Shown piece after piece: positions 56,196 to 64,000 of a stretch of 64,000 bases of DNA. Where the stretch lies: positions 6,032-70,031 of the forward strand of contig CBFHVO010000004.1 of NCBI GenBank assembly GCA_965659125.1. The letters run 5' to 3'. Source of the stretch: Luteolibacter sp. Its GTDB lineage: Bacteria > Verrucomicrobiota > Verrucomicrobiia > Verrucomicrobiales > Akkermansiaceae. The notes beneath the pieces are model-generated. The model was given only the letters and a program-made list of their open reading frames with translations, ran no database searches and was not told where the DNA came from. The stretch's first letter is position 1, and every line of letters begins with the position of its first letter. A program made the translations under genes and the position numbers.

Positions 56196-57332
56196 TTATG
56201 ACTGAGCCAAGAGGGCTTCGTCCCAATCCTTCCAGACAGGATCGATCTGCTGTTGGCGCAGCATTTGCGCAATTTCCGCCATACTCCGGGTGTCGTTGAT
56301 GCGAAATTGCTCGGTTGCTTTCTCGCAGCCGGTGGCTGATTTCAGCTCCACACGACGTCCTTTGACGGTGAGGTGAAGGTCTTCACTGCCCGCCCCGGTG
56401 TAGCCGCCGGGTTCGGTGCGCGCTCCTGCGGACATGTGTGTCACGCCCAGCGGGGCGAGGGCATCCCGCAGTCCTGCAGGCTCCCGGGTCGACATCACGA
56501 TGCCAACTTGCGGGAAAAGAATGCGCAAGGCGCATACCAATCGCAGTAGATCCTTGTCCGCCAGATAGCGCGAGGGATCGGGTGTGTAGTGGTAATTGCC
56601 GGCGTAGGGTCGCATGCGGGGAAAAGCGACGGTCATCTGCGCCTTCCAACAGTGACGGTAAAGGTATTCGAGATGTGCGCAGAGCGCCATCGCCTCCAGC
56701 TTCCAATCTGCGAGGCCGAACAATGCGCCGATGCCGATGCGGCGAAAACCTCCGGCGTAGGCGCGTTCGGGACAGTCGAGGCGCCAATCGAAATTCTTTT
56801 TGGGTCCGGCCGTGTGAAGGGTCTCATAGACTAGGCGGTCGTAGGTCTCCTGATACACGACCAGACCTTCTGCGCCGTGATGCACGATCTCGCGGTATTG
56901 AGTGTCTTCCATCGGACCGACCTCGATGCCCAGTGTAGGGATGAAGGGTTTGAGCGCATCGAGGCACTCCTGCAGGTAGCCTTCGCTGACGAACTTGGGA
57001 TGTTCTCCGGCGACGAGCAACAGGTTGCGCAATCCTTGTTGGTGAAGGTGGCGCGCCTCGGTGACCACCTGCTCCACCGTGAGGGTTGTGCGCAGAATGT
57101 CCGCATCCCGGGAGAAGCCGCAGTAGCTGCAATTGTTGACGCACTCGTTGGAGAGATAAAGCGGGGCGAAAATCCGCATGGTGCGCCCGAAATGGCGGCG
57201 TGTGGACTGCTGGCTCTGCCGCGCCAGCCTCTCAAGCGAGTCAGGGTGTGGATCCGACAACAGGCTCTCCAAGCGCCTCATGGTGGGCGTGGGTTGCTCA
57301 AAAAGTCGGGGCAGGAGTTCGGAGAATGCCAT
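56196..57332 (-). CDS. thiH: Radical SAM enzyme, ThiH (2-iminoacetate synthase)-like
   Basis: 'FAPLYLSNECVNNCSYCGF' is the CxxxCxxC cluster motif in the ThiH/HydG context. The 378-aa length fits ThiH. Confidence 0.7.
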   Translation of the reverse strand: MAFSELLPRLFEQPTPTMRRLESLLSDPHPDSLERLARQSQQSTRRHFGRTMRIFAPLYLSNECVNNCSYCGFSRDADILRTTLTVEQVVTEARHLHQQGLRNLLLVAGEHPKFVSEGYLQECLDALKPFIPTLGIEVGPMEDTQYREIVHHGAEGLVVYQETYDRLVYETLHTAGPKKNFDWRLDCPERAYAGGFRRIGIGALFGLADWKLEAMALCAHLEYLYRHCWKAQMTVAFPRMRPYAGNYHYTPDPSRYLADKDLLRLVCALRILFPQVGIVMSTREPAGLRDALAPLGVTHMSAGARTEPGGYTGAGSEDLHLTVKGRRVELKSATGCEKATEQFRINDTRSMAEIAQMLRQQQIDPVWKDWDEALLAQS

Positions 57333-57477
57333 CCGTGCAAAAGCATAGGGGGTGTCCGGCCTGCGTCAAAGCTCCATTGAAGCTGCTCTCCATGCTTTCA
57401 ACAAGTGGCAGGAGGATTCTCCAATCCTTGAAAAATTCATTGTAGAAAAGCGTATTTGTGGAAGTTTCCCAACAATA

Positions 57478-60400
57478 ATGAATTTTCGAGTTTTGGCACC
57501 GTTCGCCGCAGCGACGGCCGGTCTGTGGTTGACCGCCTGTGATCCCACCTCAACCGACGTCACTGGCGCCCGTGTTGGCGGTGAGGGGGGCAAGCTTGGC
57601 GAAGGTTCCGGATCCGCCCTCGAAGCCGGCATGAAACTGCCCGAGGTGGTTTCATTCAATGAGCACATCCAACCGGTGCTCTCTGAATACTGCTACCATT
57701 GTCATGGCCCGGATGCCGGTACCCGTGCGCCCAAGGAGGCGCCGCTTCGACTCGATATTGAAGAGCACGCCTTCGCCCTGCGCGACAACGGCAAACCGGT
57801 AATCATCAAAGGGGACCCAGCGGAGTCGCTGGTGATCAAGCGCATGAAGACCGATGATGCGGATCTGATCATGCCTCCCCCGGAGAGTCACAAGGAGTTG
57901 AATCAATACCAAGTTGCACTCATCGGGCGATGGATTGAACAGGGCGCCCAATACGAGGCCCATTGGTCATTTAATCCGGTGGAACAGCCCGAGTTGCCCA
58001 AGGCCGGCGAAAAGTGGGCCTCCAATGCCATCGATCGCTTTGTCGCTGCGCGTCTGGATGAGGTCGGGCTCAAACCCAACCAGAAGGATGGTCTGCGCCG
58101 TTATCATCGCCGCATGGCATTGGATCTTACGGGTCTTCCGCCCAAGCCCTCCGAAACTGACGCGTTCGTCAATGCGCATCAAAAAGATGGGGAGGCCGCG
58201 GTGAGTGCCGAGGCTGATCGCCTGCTCGCCACCGATGCCAGTGCCGAACACTTCACCCGTCTGTGGCTGGACGCCGCGCGCTACGCCGACACTCACGGCA
58301 TCCACATTGACAACTACCGCGCCATCTGGCCCTATCGCGACTGGGTCATCCGTGCCTTCAAGGCCAACATGCCCTGGGATCAATTCACCATCGAGCAGAT
58401 CGCCGGTGATCTGCTGCCTGAAAGTTCACTCGATCAGAAGGTGGCTTCGGGCTTCAACCGTTGCATGGCCACCACCGGTGAGGGCGGTGCCATCGCCGAG
58501 GAATACGAGGCGATCTATGCCAAGGATCAGGTTGATACGGTATCGGCGGTGTGGCTCGGACTCAGCACCGGCTGCGCCTCTTGTCACGATCACAAGTTCG
58601 ACCCGGTCACGATGAAGGACTTCTACTCGATGGCGGCCTTCTTCCGCAACACGACCATGCACGCCATGGATCGCAACAACGCGAACCACCCGCCCAGCCT
58701 GTTCGTGCCATTGATGCAGGACCGCGAACGCTACCCCGTGCTTCAATCCGAGATTGCCGGATTGGATGCTGCTCTGGCCGAGCGTAAAAAAGAGGCCAAG
58801 GCCGATTTCGAAAATTGGTCGAAATCCCCAAGGCTAGCCGATGCCAGTGATCTCGATTTAGCCCTCGATGTCCATTTGCCGCTCAATGAATCCGGGGCTA
58901 CGATCAAGGGCCTGGCCCAGGGTAAGGCTCATGAGTGGTCGGCAAATGTCGAGCGCATCGATGGTCCGCTGGGCAAGGCCCCCGTGATTTCCGATAAGCC
59001 CATAGAAATTGGAGACTTCGCCTCTTTCGAGCGAGGGGATCGGGTCAGTTACGGTGGTTATGTCTACTTTGAGGGTAAACCGACCGGTGCGATCGTTTCC
59101 CGCTCGGACGCCGCAAACAATTACCGTGGATGGGATTTATATCTCCAAGGAGACAAGCCCGCGGCCCATATCACCGACACCTGGCCCAACGCCGCCAACA
59201 AGCTGCTGCGTGGCCAAGCAATTCCCGCCAAAAAATGGCACCACATCATGGTGACCTTCGATGGGCGTCAGTCCGGCCATCAGTCGACCAACCTGTATGT
59301 GGATGGTGTCCGGGCCAGCGTTCGGGCGAACCCCAACACGGTGGGCGGCAACATCGTCTCGGAAGTGCCCTTGATTCTTGGTTCGCGCTCAGGTGGTGAT
59401 GGAAAACTCGTCGGAGGTAAGGTGGCCCTGCAGGACTTTCGTTTCTATCGCCGGCTGCTTTCGGAGGCCGAGATCAGGCGTCTGGCCAGCCTGAGCCAGA
59501 TTGCGCAAATCGTCAGCACGCCGCGAGACAAGTGGAGCAAGGATCAGCTCAATCAGGCCTTTGAATACTACCTCAATCACATCGACGCACCATCCACCGA
59601 GCTTCGTACCAAGAAGAAGCCGCTCGATCAGGAAATGGCCGACATCAAGAACCGCGGTTCAATGAGTCTGGTGATGGAGGAGAAGCAGGGTGAACCCTTC
59701 GCTCACATCCTGGAGCGAGGTGTTTACAGCGACAAAGGCGAAAAGGTCGGCGCCGCAGTTCCTGAGTTTTTACCACCCATGCCCGAGGGTGCCCCTAACA
59801 ACCGCCTGGGTCTCGCTAAGTGGATTGTAGACCCCGCCAACCCGCTGCCGGCCCGTGTCACCATGAACCGCGCCTGGTCCTATCTCTTTGGCAAGGGCAT
59901 TGTCGAAAGCAATGCCGACTTCGGGGTGATGGGCGCCCGCCCCTCGCACCCCAAGCTGCTGGATTGGCTTGCGGCCGAGTTCGTCAACAGCGGTTGGGAC
60001 TACCGCCACATGATCAAGCTGATGGTGACTTCCAGCGCCTACCGCCAGTCCGGATTGGTCAGTGCCGAGAAGCTCGACAAGGATCCTGACAACACTCTGC
60101 TTTCCCGTGGCCCCCGTCACCGTCTCGATGGCGAGCAGATCCGGGATCTCGCGCTTGCTGCTTCCGGGTTGCTGGTTGAGGAGTTGGGTGGCCCACCGGT
60201 CAAACCCTACCAGCCGACTGGTATCTGGTCGGCAGTGGCCATGCCCCAATCCAACACCCGCAACTACAAGCAGGACTCCGGCGACAAACTTTTCCGCCGC
60301 TCGCTTTACACCATCTGGAAGCGTACGGCACCCCCGCCCTCGATGGAAATCTTCAACGCGCCCACCCGCGAGGTCTTTTGCGTGGCTCGTGAAAAAACCA

Positions 60401-60744
60401 ACACGCCCCTACAGGCTCTTGTGCTTCTCAACGATCCCCAGTTCGTGGAGGCCAGCCGCCATCTCGCCTGGCGTGCGATGAACGAAGCCAGCGATTTCAA
60501 CCAACGCCTCGATCGCATGACCTCACTTCTCATCAATCGCGTGCTTGATGCCGATGAGCGTGAAACGGTCCGCGAGTCGCATGTAGAGTATCTCGCCGTG
60601 TTCAAGGGCAAGCCCGAGAGCGCCAAGGAATTCGTTTCGACCGGCTCCACGCCGCTACCAGAAAATGCCGACCTGACCGAGTTGGCCGCCTGGACCCTGG
60701 TTGCCAGCAAAATTCTCAACCTCGACGAAACCCTCACCCGTTAA
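57478..60744 (+). CDS. PSCyt1 (CxxCH) / DUF1549 / LamG-like insert / DUF1553 lipoprotein
   Basis: Lipobox-like 'GLWLTAC'. '[14 protein letters not shown]', '[10 protein letters not shown]' and '[12 protein letters not shown]' are present. A ~170-aa insert, '[14 protein letters not shown]...[10 protein letters not shown]...LYVDG...ILGSR', has a concanavalin/LamG-like pattern. A DUF1553 tail follows. Confidence 0.85.
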   Translation: MNFRVLAPFAAATAGLWLTACDPTSTDVTGARVGGEGGKLGEGSGSALEAGMKLPEVVSFNEHIQPVLSEYCYHCHGPDAGTRAPKEAPLRLDIEEHAFALRDNGKPVIIKGDPAESLVIKRMKTDDADLIMPPPESHKELNQYQVALIGRWIEQGAQYEAHWSFNPVEQPELPKAGEKWASNAIDRFVAARLDEVGLKPNQKDGLRRYHRRMALDLTGLPPKPSETDAFVNAHQKDGEAAVSAEADRLLATDASAEHFTRLWLDAARYADTHGIHIDNYRAIWPYRDWVIRAFKANMPWDQFTIEQIAGDLLPESSLDQKVASGFNRCMATTGEGGAIAEEYEAIYAKDQVDTVSAVWLGLSTGCASCHDHKFDPVTMKDFYSMAAFFRNTTMHAMDRNNANHPPSLFVPLMQDRERYPVLQSEIAGLDAALAERKKEAKADFENWSKSPRLADASDLDLALDVHLPLNESGATIKGLAQGKAHEWSANVERIDGPLGKAPVISDKPIEIGDFASFERGDRVSYGGYVYFEGKPTGAIVSRSDAANNYRGWDLYLQGDKPAAHITDTWPNAANKLLRGQAIPAKKWHHIMVTFDGRQSGHQSTNLYVDGVRASVRANPNTVGGNIVSEVPLILGSRSGGDGKLVGGKVALQDFRFYRRLLSEAEIRRLASLSQIAQIVSTPRDKWSKDQLNQAFEYYLNHIDAPSTELRTKKKPLDQEMADIKNRGSMSLVMEEKQGEPFAHILERGVYSDKGEKVGAAVPEFLPPMPEGAPNNRLGLAKWIVDPANPLPARVTMNRAWSYLFGKGIVESNADFGVMGARPSHPKLLDWLAAEFVNSGWDYRHMIKLMVTSSAYRQSGLVSAEKLDKDPDNTLLSRGPRHRLDGEQIRDLALAASGLLVEELGGPPVKPYQPTGIWSAVAMPQSNTRNYKQDSGDKLFRRSLYTIWKRTAPPPSMEIFNAPTREVFCVAREKTNTPLQALVLLNDPQFVEASRHLAWRAMNEASDFNQRLDRMTSLLINRVLDADERETVRESHVEYLAVFKGKPESAKEFVSTGSTPLPENADLTELAAWTLVASKILNLDETLTR

Positions 60745-60764
60745 CCCGCAAGCAACCTTTCGCA

Positions 60765-62228
60765 ATGGATCCCCTGATCGAACATTACAACACCGCCTTC
60801 AGTCGACGTCAGTTCTTTCGCAAGTCCGGCACCGGCCTCGGGGTGGCCGCGCTTGCGAGCCTGCTTGGCAAGTCCGGCATGGCTGCCACCGAGGCACTCG
60901 GCAAGTTCGGCAAGGTTTCGCACATCGCGCCCAGAGCCAAGCGCGTGATCTACATCTCGCTGATCGGAGCGCCATCACAGCTCGAAACCTTCGATTACAA
61001 GCCAGAGCTTGAGAAGCGCTTCAAAGAGGACCTCACCGAATGGCTCAAGGAGCAGGGTGAGCGCCTGACCGGCATGACTGCCGGCCAAAAGGCCTTTCCG
61101 GTTGCCCCTTCGCGCTTCAAGTTCAAGAAACACGGCAAATGCGGCACCGAGGTCAGTGAACTGCTGCCTTACACCGGCAGGATGGTCGATGACATCTGCG
61201 TGGTGAAATCCATGCACACCGACGCCATCAACCACGAGCCGGCCAACCAGTTGATATACACCGGCTCAATGCAGGCCGGTAATGCCTCCATCGGTTCCTG
61301 GCTCTCTTATGGCTTGGGATCGATGAATGAGGAGCTTCCCTCTTTTGTGGTGCTTCATGCCACCCACTCCTCACCCTACGCCAACGTGCAGGCGATTTCC
61401 TCCCGCTTGTGGGGTTCGGGCTTCCTGCCCGGCAAACATTCGGGTGTGGCGCTGCGCTCCTTGGGCGACCCCGTGCTTTTCCTCAAGGACACCGCCGGTA
61501 TCGATCGCCAGACCCGGCGCAAGATGCTCGATGGTATGAACGCGCTCAACGCACGTTCCTATGACGAGATTCGCGATCCCGAGATTCAGGTGCGCATGCA
61601 ACAGTATGAAATGGCCTTCAAGATGCAGGCTTCGGTGCCCGAACTCACCGACCTCAGCGGCGAAAAGGATCACACCTATGAGCTTTATGGCGAGGACAGT
61701 CGAAAGCGCGGCACCTTCGCCAACTCGGCACTCATGGCCCGTCGCTTGGCCGAGCGGGGCGTGCGCTTCGTGCAGATCTTCCACCGCGGTTGGGACCAGC
61801 ATGGCAACCTGCCGCGTGACCTCGCCTCGCAGTGCAAGGACGTCGACCAAGGCTGCTACGGCCTGATTCAGGACCTCAAGCAACGCGGCATGCTTGAGGA
61901 CACGCTGGTTGTGTTCGGTGGCGAGTTCGGCCGCACGGTCTATTGCCAAGGTAAGCTCTCAGACACCAACTACGGCCGTGACCACCACCCGCGTGCCTTC
62001 AGCATGTGGCTGGCAGGTGGCGGCATCAAAGGCGGTCAGGTTTATGGTGAAACCGATGAGATGAGCTACAATATCGTCAAGAATCCGGTGCACATCCGCG
62101 ACCTCCATGCCACCATGCTGCACGCTCTCGGCATCAAGCATGAGAGTTTGACGCACAAGCACCAGGGTCTGGACGCGCGTCTGACCGGAGTTGAGCCGGC
62201 CAAGATCGTCCACGATTGGTTTGCCTGA
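60765..62228 (+). CDS. DUF1501 protein with a twin-arginine signal (second copy)
   Basis: Tat motif '[23 protein letters not shown]'. It has '[17 protein letters not shown]', 'WDQHG' and 'GGEFGRT', and is collinear with 12337-13827. Confidence 0.85.
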   Translation: MDPLIEHYNTAFSRRQFFRKSGTGLGVAALASLLGKSGMAATEALGKFGKVSHIAPRAKRVIYISLIGAPSQLETFDYKPELEKRFKEDLTEWLKEQGERLTGMTAGQKAFPVAPSRFKFKKHGKCGTEVSELLPYTGRMVDDICVVKSMHTDAINHEPANQLIYTGSMQAGNASIGSWLSYGLGSMNEELPSFVVLHATHSSPYANVQAISSRLWGSGFLPGKHSGVALRSLGDPVLFLKDTAGIDRQTRRKMLDGMNALNARSYDEIRDPEIQVRMQQYEMAFKMQASVPELTDLSGEKDHTYELYGEDSRKRGTFANSALMARRLAERGVRFVQIFHRGWDQHGNLPRDLASQCKDVDQGCYGLIQDLKQRGMLEDTLVVFGGEFGRTVYCQGKLSDTNYGRDHHPRAFSMWLAGGGIKGGQVYGETDEMSYNIVKNPVHIRDLHATMLHALGIKHESLTHKHQGLDARLTGVEPAKIVHDWFA

Positions 62229-62269
62229 CCGATAGAAATCAAATTGATTTGCGATCAGTCAGAGTGGGC

Positions 62270-64000
62270 TCACTGCTCGGCTTTCAATGAGGCGAGATAA
62301 TCGATGAGCGAGTTGAACTGCTCGAGTGTCAGTGCGCCTCCAAGTCCCGGAGGCATCATCGATTGGGGTAGGGCTCTCTGCTCCTTGATCTCGCTGCGTT
62401 TGATCCGGGTCGCGACGCCGGCGATGTTGCGCAACTCGATCACACCGTCGGCCTCATTGACGATGAAACCCATGTGGGGTGTGCCTGTCTTGGTGGTGAT
62501 CAAGGTCGTTCGAAAACCCTGCGAGACAACCGCATTGGGCTCGAGGATGGATTCGACGAGGTAATCCCGGGTGAACTTGGTCCCGGCCGAGCCCAGGTAA
62601 GGACCTTTTTGGGCGGCATTCGGGTCGACCGCGTGACAGGCAATGCAGCCTTGTGCGGTGTAGAGGCGTTTGCCTTCGGCGGCGTCGCCCTTGCCTGCCG
62701 AGTTCATCACGAAAGCGGTGACTTCCTCGGGTTTGAGCTGCGCGATGGGCTTGCCGCCCGCACCTGCCGCAGAGGTGGCGTCCTTGGCGCGTTTGGCAGC
62801 GGCGATGAGTTCGTCATTATCCCAGTTCAAGCCGGCCTCAATCTGCTTGTCGTAGCCGGAGAGTCTGAGATCGGCCAAGGCATTGAAGAAGCCAACTTCT
62901 TTGGGGGTTTTCTCGGCCTCCTTGAGAGCGGCCTCCCGCCATTGGTTTTTGGCCAGCGGGCTTACGGTGACGGTGAGAATCGCTTTCCAAGCAAGGGTGC
63001 TGACAGCATCACTGCCCTTGGCGGCAATTTGGCGAAGCGCTTTGATTTGCTCGCCACGCTTGGTTTCATTGACGAAATCCTCGATGGCCTTTTCGGCTTG
63101 CGCGGCCAAATTGTCCTCATTGGACCATGCGGCGAGAATGTCGACTTGTTGAGCCAGCACGGTCTTGGGATTTCCTCTCAGGATGGCCTGATAGCATTCG
63201 AGCCGTTGGGCCATTGGCTTGTTCTTGTCCTTGGCAGCATCGATCAGGACTTGGATCTGATCCGGGGCCGGGTTGGGATTGCCTAGGGCGGCCATGACCG
63301 GGTCGAGGCCCGGAATGTTGAGTTTGGAAATGGCGATGCGGTTGGTGGCAAGACCGGAGAGGTAGGGTCCCTGCAACTTGTGCGGCAGCTTGGTGTAGCC
63401 CTGCTCGAGTGTGGTGCGGATTCTGGCTGATGCTTCCCATTCCACGGGGGAGTAGTAGGGGCCGCGGTCGTCGGGGCGGGTGCCCCACCAGGCCTTGCCA
63501 TCCCAGTCGCCCTCCTTGAAGTGCAGGCGGGCGAGAGTCAGCAGTGCCTCGTAGGTTTGCTCATCGCTGCCGGAGTCCTTGACGATTTCAATCAGGCCAT
63601 CGACCACTTTATTGCGATGAAGCTCGCGCAGGGAACGGAAGCAAAGTGCGGCGGTATCCGGATTGGCCGTTCCCGCGAGTAGGGCTTGGGTGTTGCCCAG
63701 TTTGCGAAGCGTCTGCATGGCGGTGTGCATCAGGCGTGGCGATTTGCCCGGCTCGTTCCACTGGGTGGAGGCGGTAAGAATTGCGGGTGCCGCATCTTGC
63801 GCGCCCAGTCGCTCGAGACCGACCAAGGCCTGTTGCACGATGCGGGCATTGGGATCGTTGAGCGCTTTGATGTAGAGGTCGACCGGAACCCCTTCGAGCT
63901 CGGACTTGCGGTCGGTCATGGCGCGTAGCGCGTACTCACGCACGGCGTCGTCGCCAACCAGTTTGGCCAGAGATGGTGTGGAGGCCTTGCCGGTCAATTG
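62270..64000 (-). CDS. HEAT-repeat protein with a C-terminal PVC-type heme-binding (CxxCH) domain; N-terminus lies beyond the window
   Basis: The C-terminal 'GKRLYTAQGCIACHAVD...KGPYL' is a cytochrome c motif, followed by 'MPPGL...LTLEQFNSLIDYLASL'. Upstream are HEAT-like repeats ('NARIVQQALVGLERLG'). The ORF runs open to base 64000. Confidence 0.75.
   Translation of the reverse strand, partial: QLTGKASTPSLAKLVGDDAVREYALRAMTDRKSELEGVPVDLYIKALNDPNARIVQQALVGLERLGAQDAAPAILTASTQWNEPGKSPRLMHTAMQTLRKLGNTQALLAGTANPDTAALCFRSLRELHRNKVVDGLIEIVKDSGSDEQTYEALLTLARLHFKEGDWDGKAWWGTRPDDRGPYYSPVEWEASARIRTTLEQGYTKLPHKLQGPYLSGLATNRIAISKLNIPGLDPVMAALGNPNPAPDQIQVLIDAAKDKNKPMAQRLECYQAILRGNPKTVLAQQVDILAAWSNEDNLAAQAEKAIEDFVNETKRGEQIKALRQIAAKGSDAVSTLAWKAILTVTVSPLAKNQWREAALKEAEKTPKEVGFFNALADLRLSGYDKQIEAGLNWDNDELIAAAKRAKDATSAAGAGGKPIAQLKPEEVTAFVMNSAGKGDAAEGKRLYTAQGCIACHAVDPNAAQKGPYLGSAGTKFTRDYLVESILEPNAVVSQGFRTTLITTKTGTPHMGFIVNEADGVIELRNIAGVATRIKRSEIKEQRALPQSMMPPGLGGALTLEQFNSLIDYLASLKAEQ

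Noticed and set aside
57333-57477. Possible TPP riboswitch upstream of the thiH-like gene.
   Set aside because: The reverse-complement reading shows none of the conserved TPP aptamer boxes. I cannot run a covariance model, so absence is reported as a finding rather than as a feature.
62236-62250. AT-rich palindrome AAATCAA-A-TTGATTT in the 41-nt gap between the second DUF1501 gene and the convergent HEAT/heme gene.
   Set aside because: It is too short and AT-rich to be a convincing terminator hairpin, since a one-nucleotide loop is impossible. It occurs only once and there is no supporting context for a binding site.
1-64000. A scan for CRISPR arrays, rRNA, transposases, toxin-antitoxin pairs and known defence-system genes (nucleases, ATPases, methyltransferases).
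   Set aside because: None was found. The only non-coding repeats are the two REP-like elements. No ORF shows restriction, Cas, Abi, TA or phage-related motifs by eye.

Overview
This is a GC-rich bacterial chromosomal segment with no rRNA, CRISPR array, transposase, integrase or phage gene that I can see. The gene families point to the PVC superphylum, most likely a marine Verrucomicrobiota: two PSCyt/DUF1549/DUF1553 + DUF1501 gene pairs, a PVC-type heme-binding HEAT protein, a giant PATR-repeat surface protein, a PEP-CTERM protein, four S1 sulfatases and a giant pseudopilin-headed protein. I call 42 protein genes, one tRNA-Arg(CCT), one clear rho-independent terminator and two copies of a palindromic intergenic repeat.

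Most of bases 1-44,900 reads as a polysaccharide-utilisation island for a sulfated, O-acetylated deoxyhexose (fucose/rhamnose) glycan. It holds the sulfatases, GH78 rhamnosidase, a GH95-like fucosidase, two SASA-type esterases and a DUF1080 protein. It also holds a Na+/solute symporter operon with non-phosphorylative L-fucose pathway enzymes, and a tightly coupled ten-gene minus-strand block of unassigned sugar-modifying enzymes. The right-hand part carries housekeeping or isolated genes (ClC channel, GT2, pabB-like, EF-G, dprA, thiH-like).

The most interesting candidates for undescribed biology are:
- a three-gene operon (879-6349) with a 1,317-aa protein that has a GspK-like pseudopilin N-terminus, followed by two divergent secreted paralogues, with no pilus machinery nearby;
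- a ~130-aa C-terminal module with a Ca-binding-like DxDGDG loop, shared by an adjacent trypsin-like protease and a 1,203-aa PATR protein, possibly a sorting or docking domain;
- the duplicated heme-c/DUF1501 pairs;
- a sugar operon containing a Zn-thiol-methyltransferase (MetE-like) enzyme;
- a fucose operon carrying an exported HExxH protein and an Fe-S serine-dehydratase-family enzyme where a fuconate dehydratase would be expected.

All calls rest on reading the sequence and ORF translations by eye. No database search or computation was run, and start codons are inferred.
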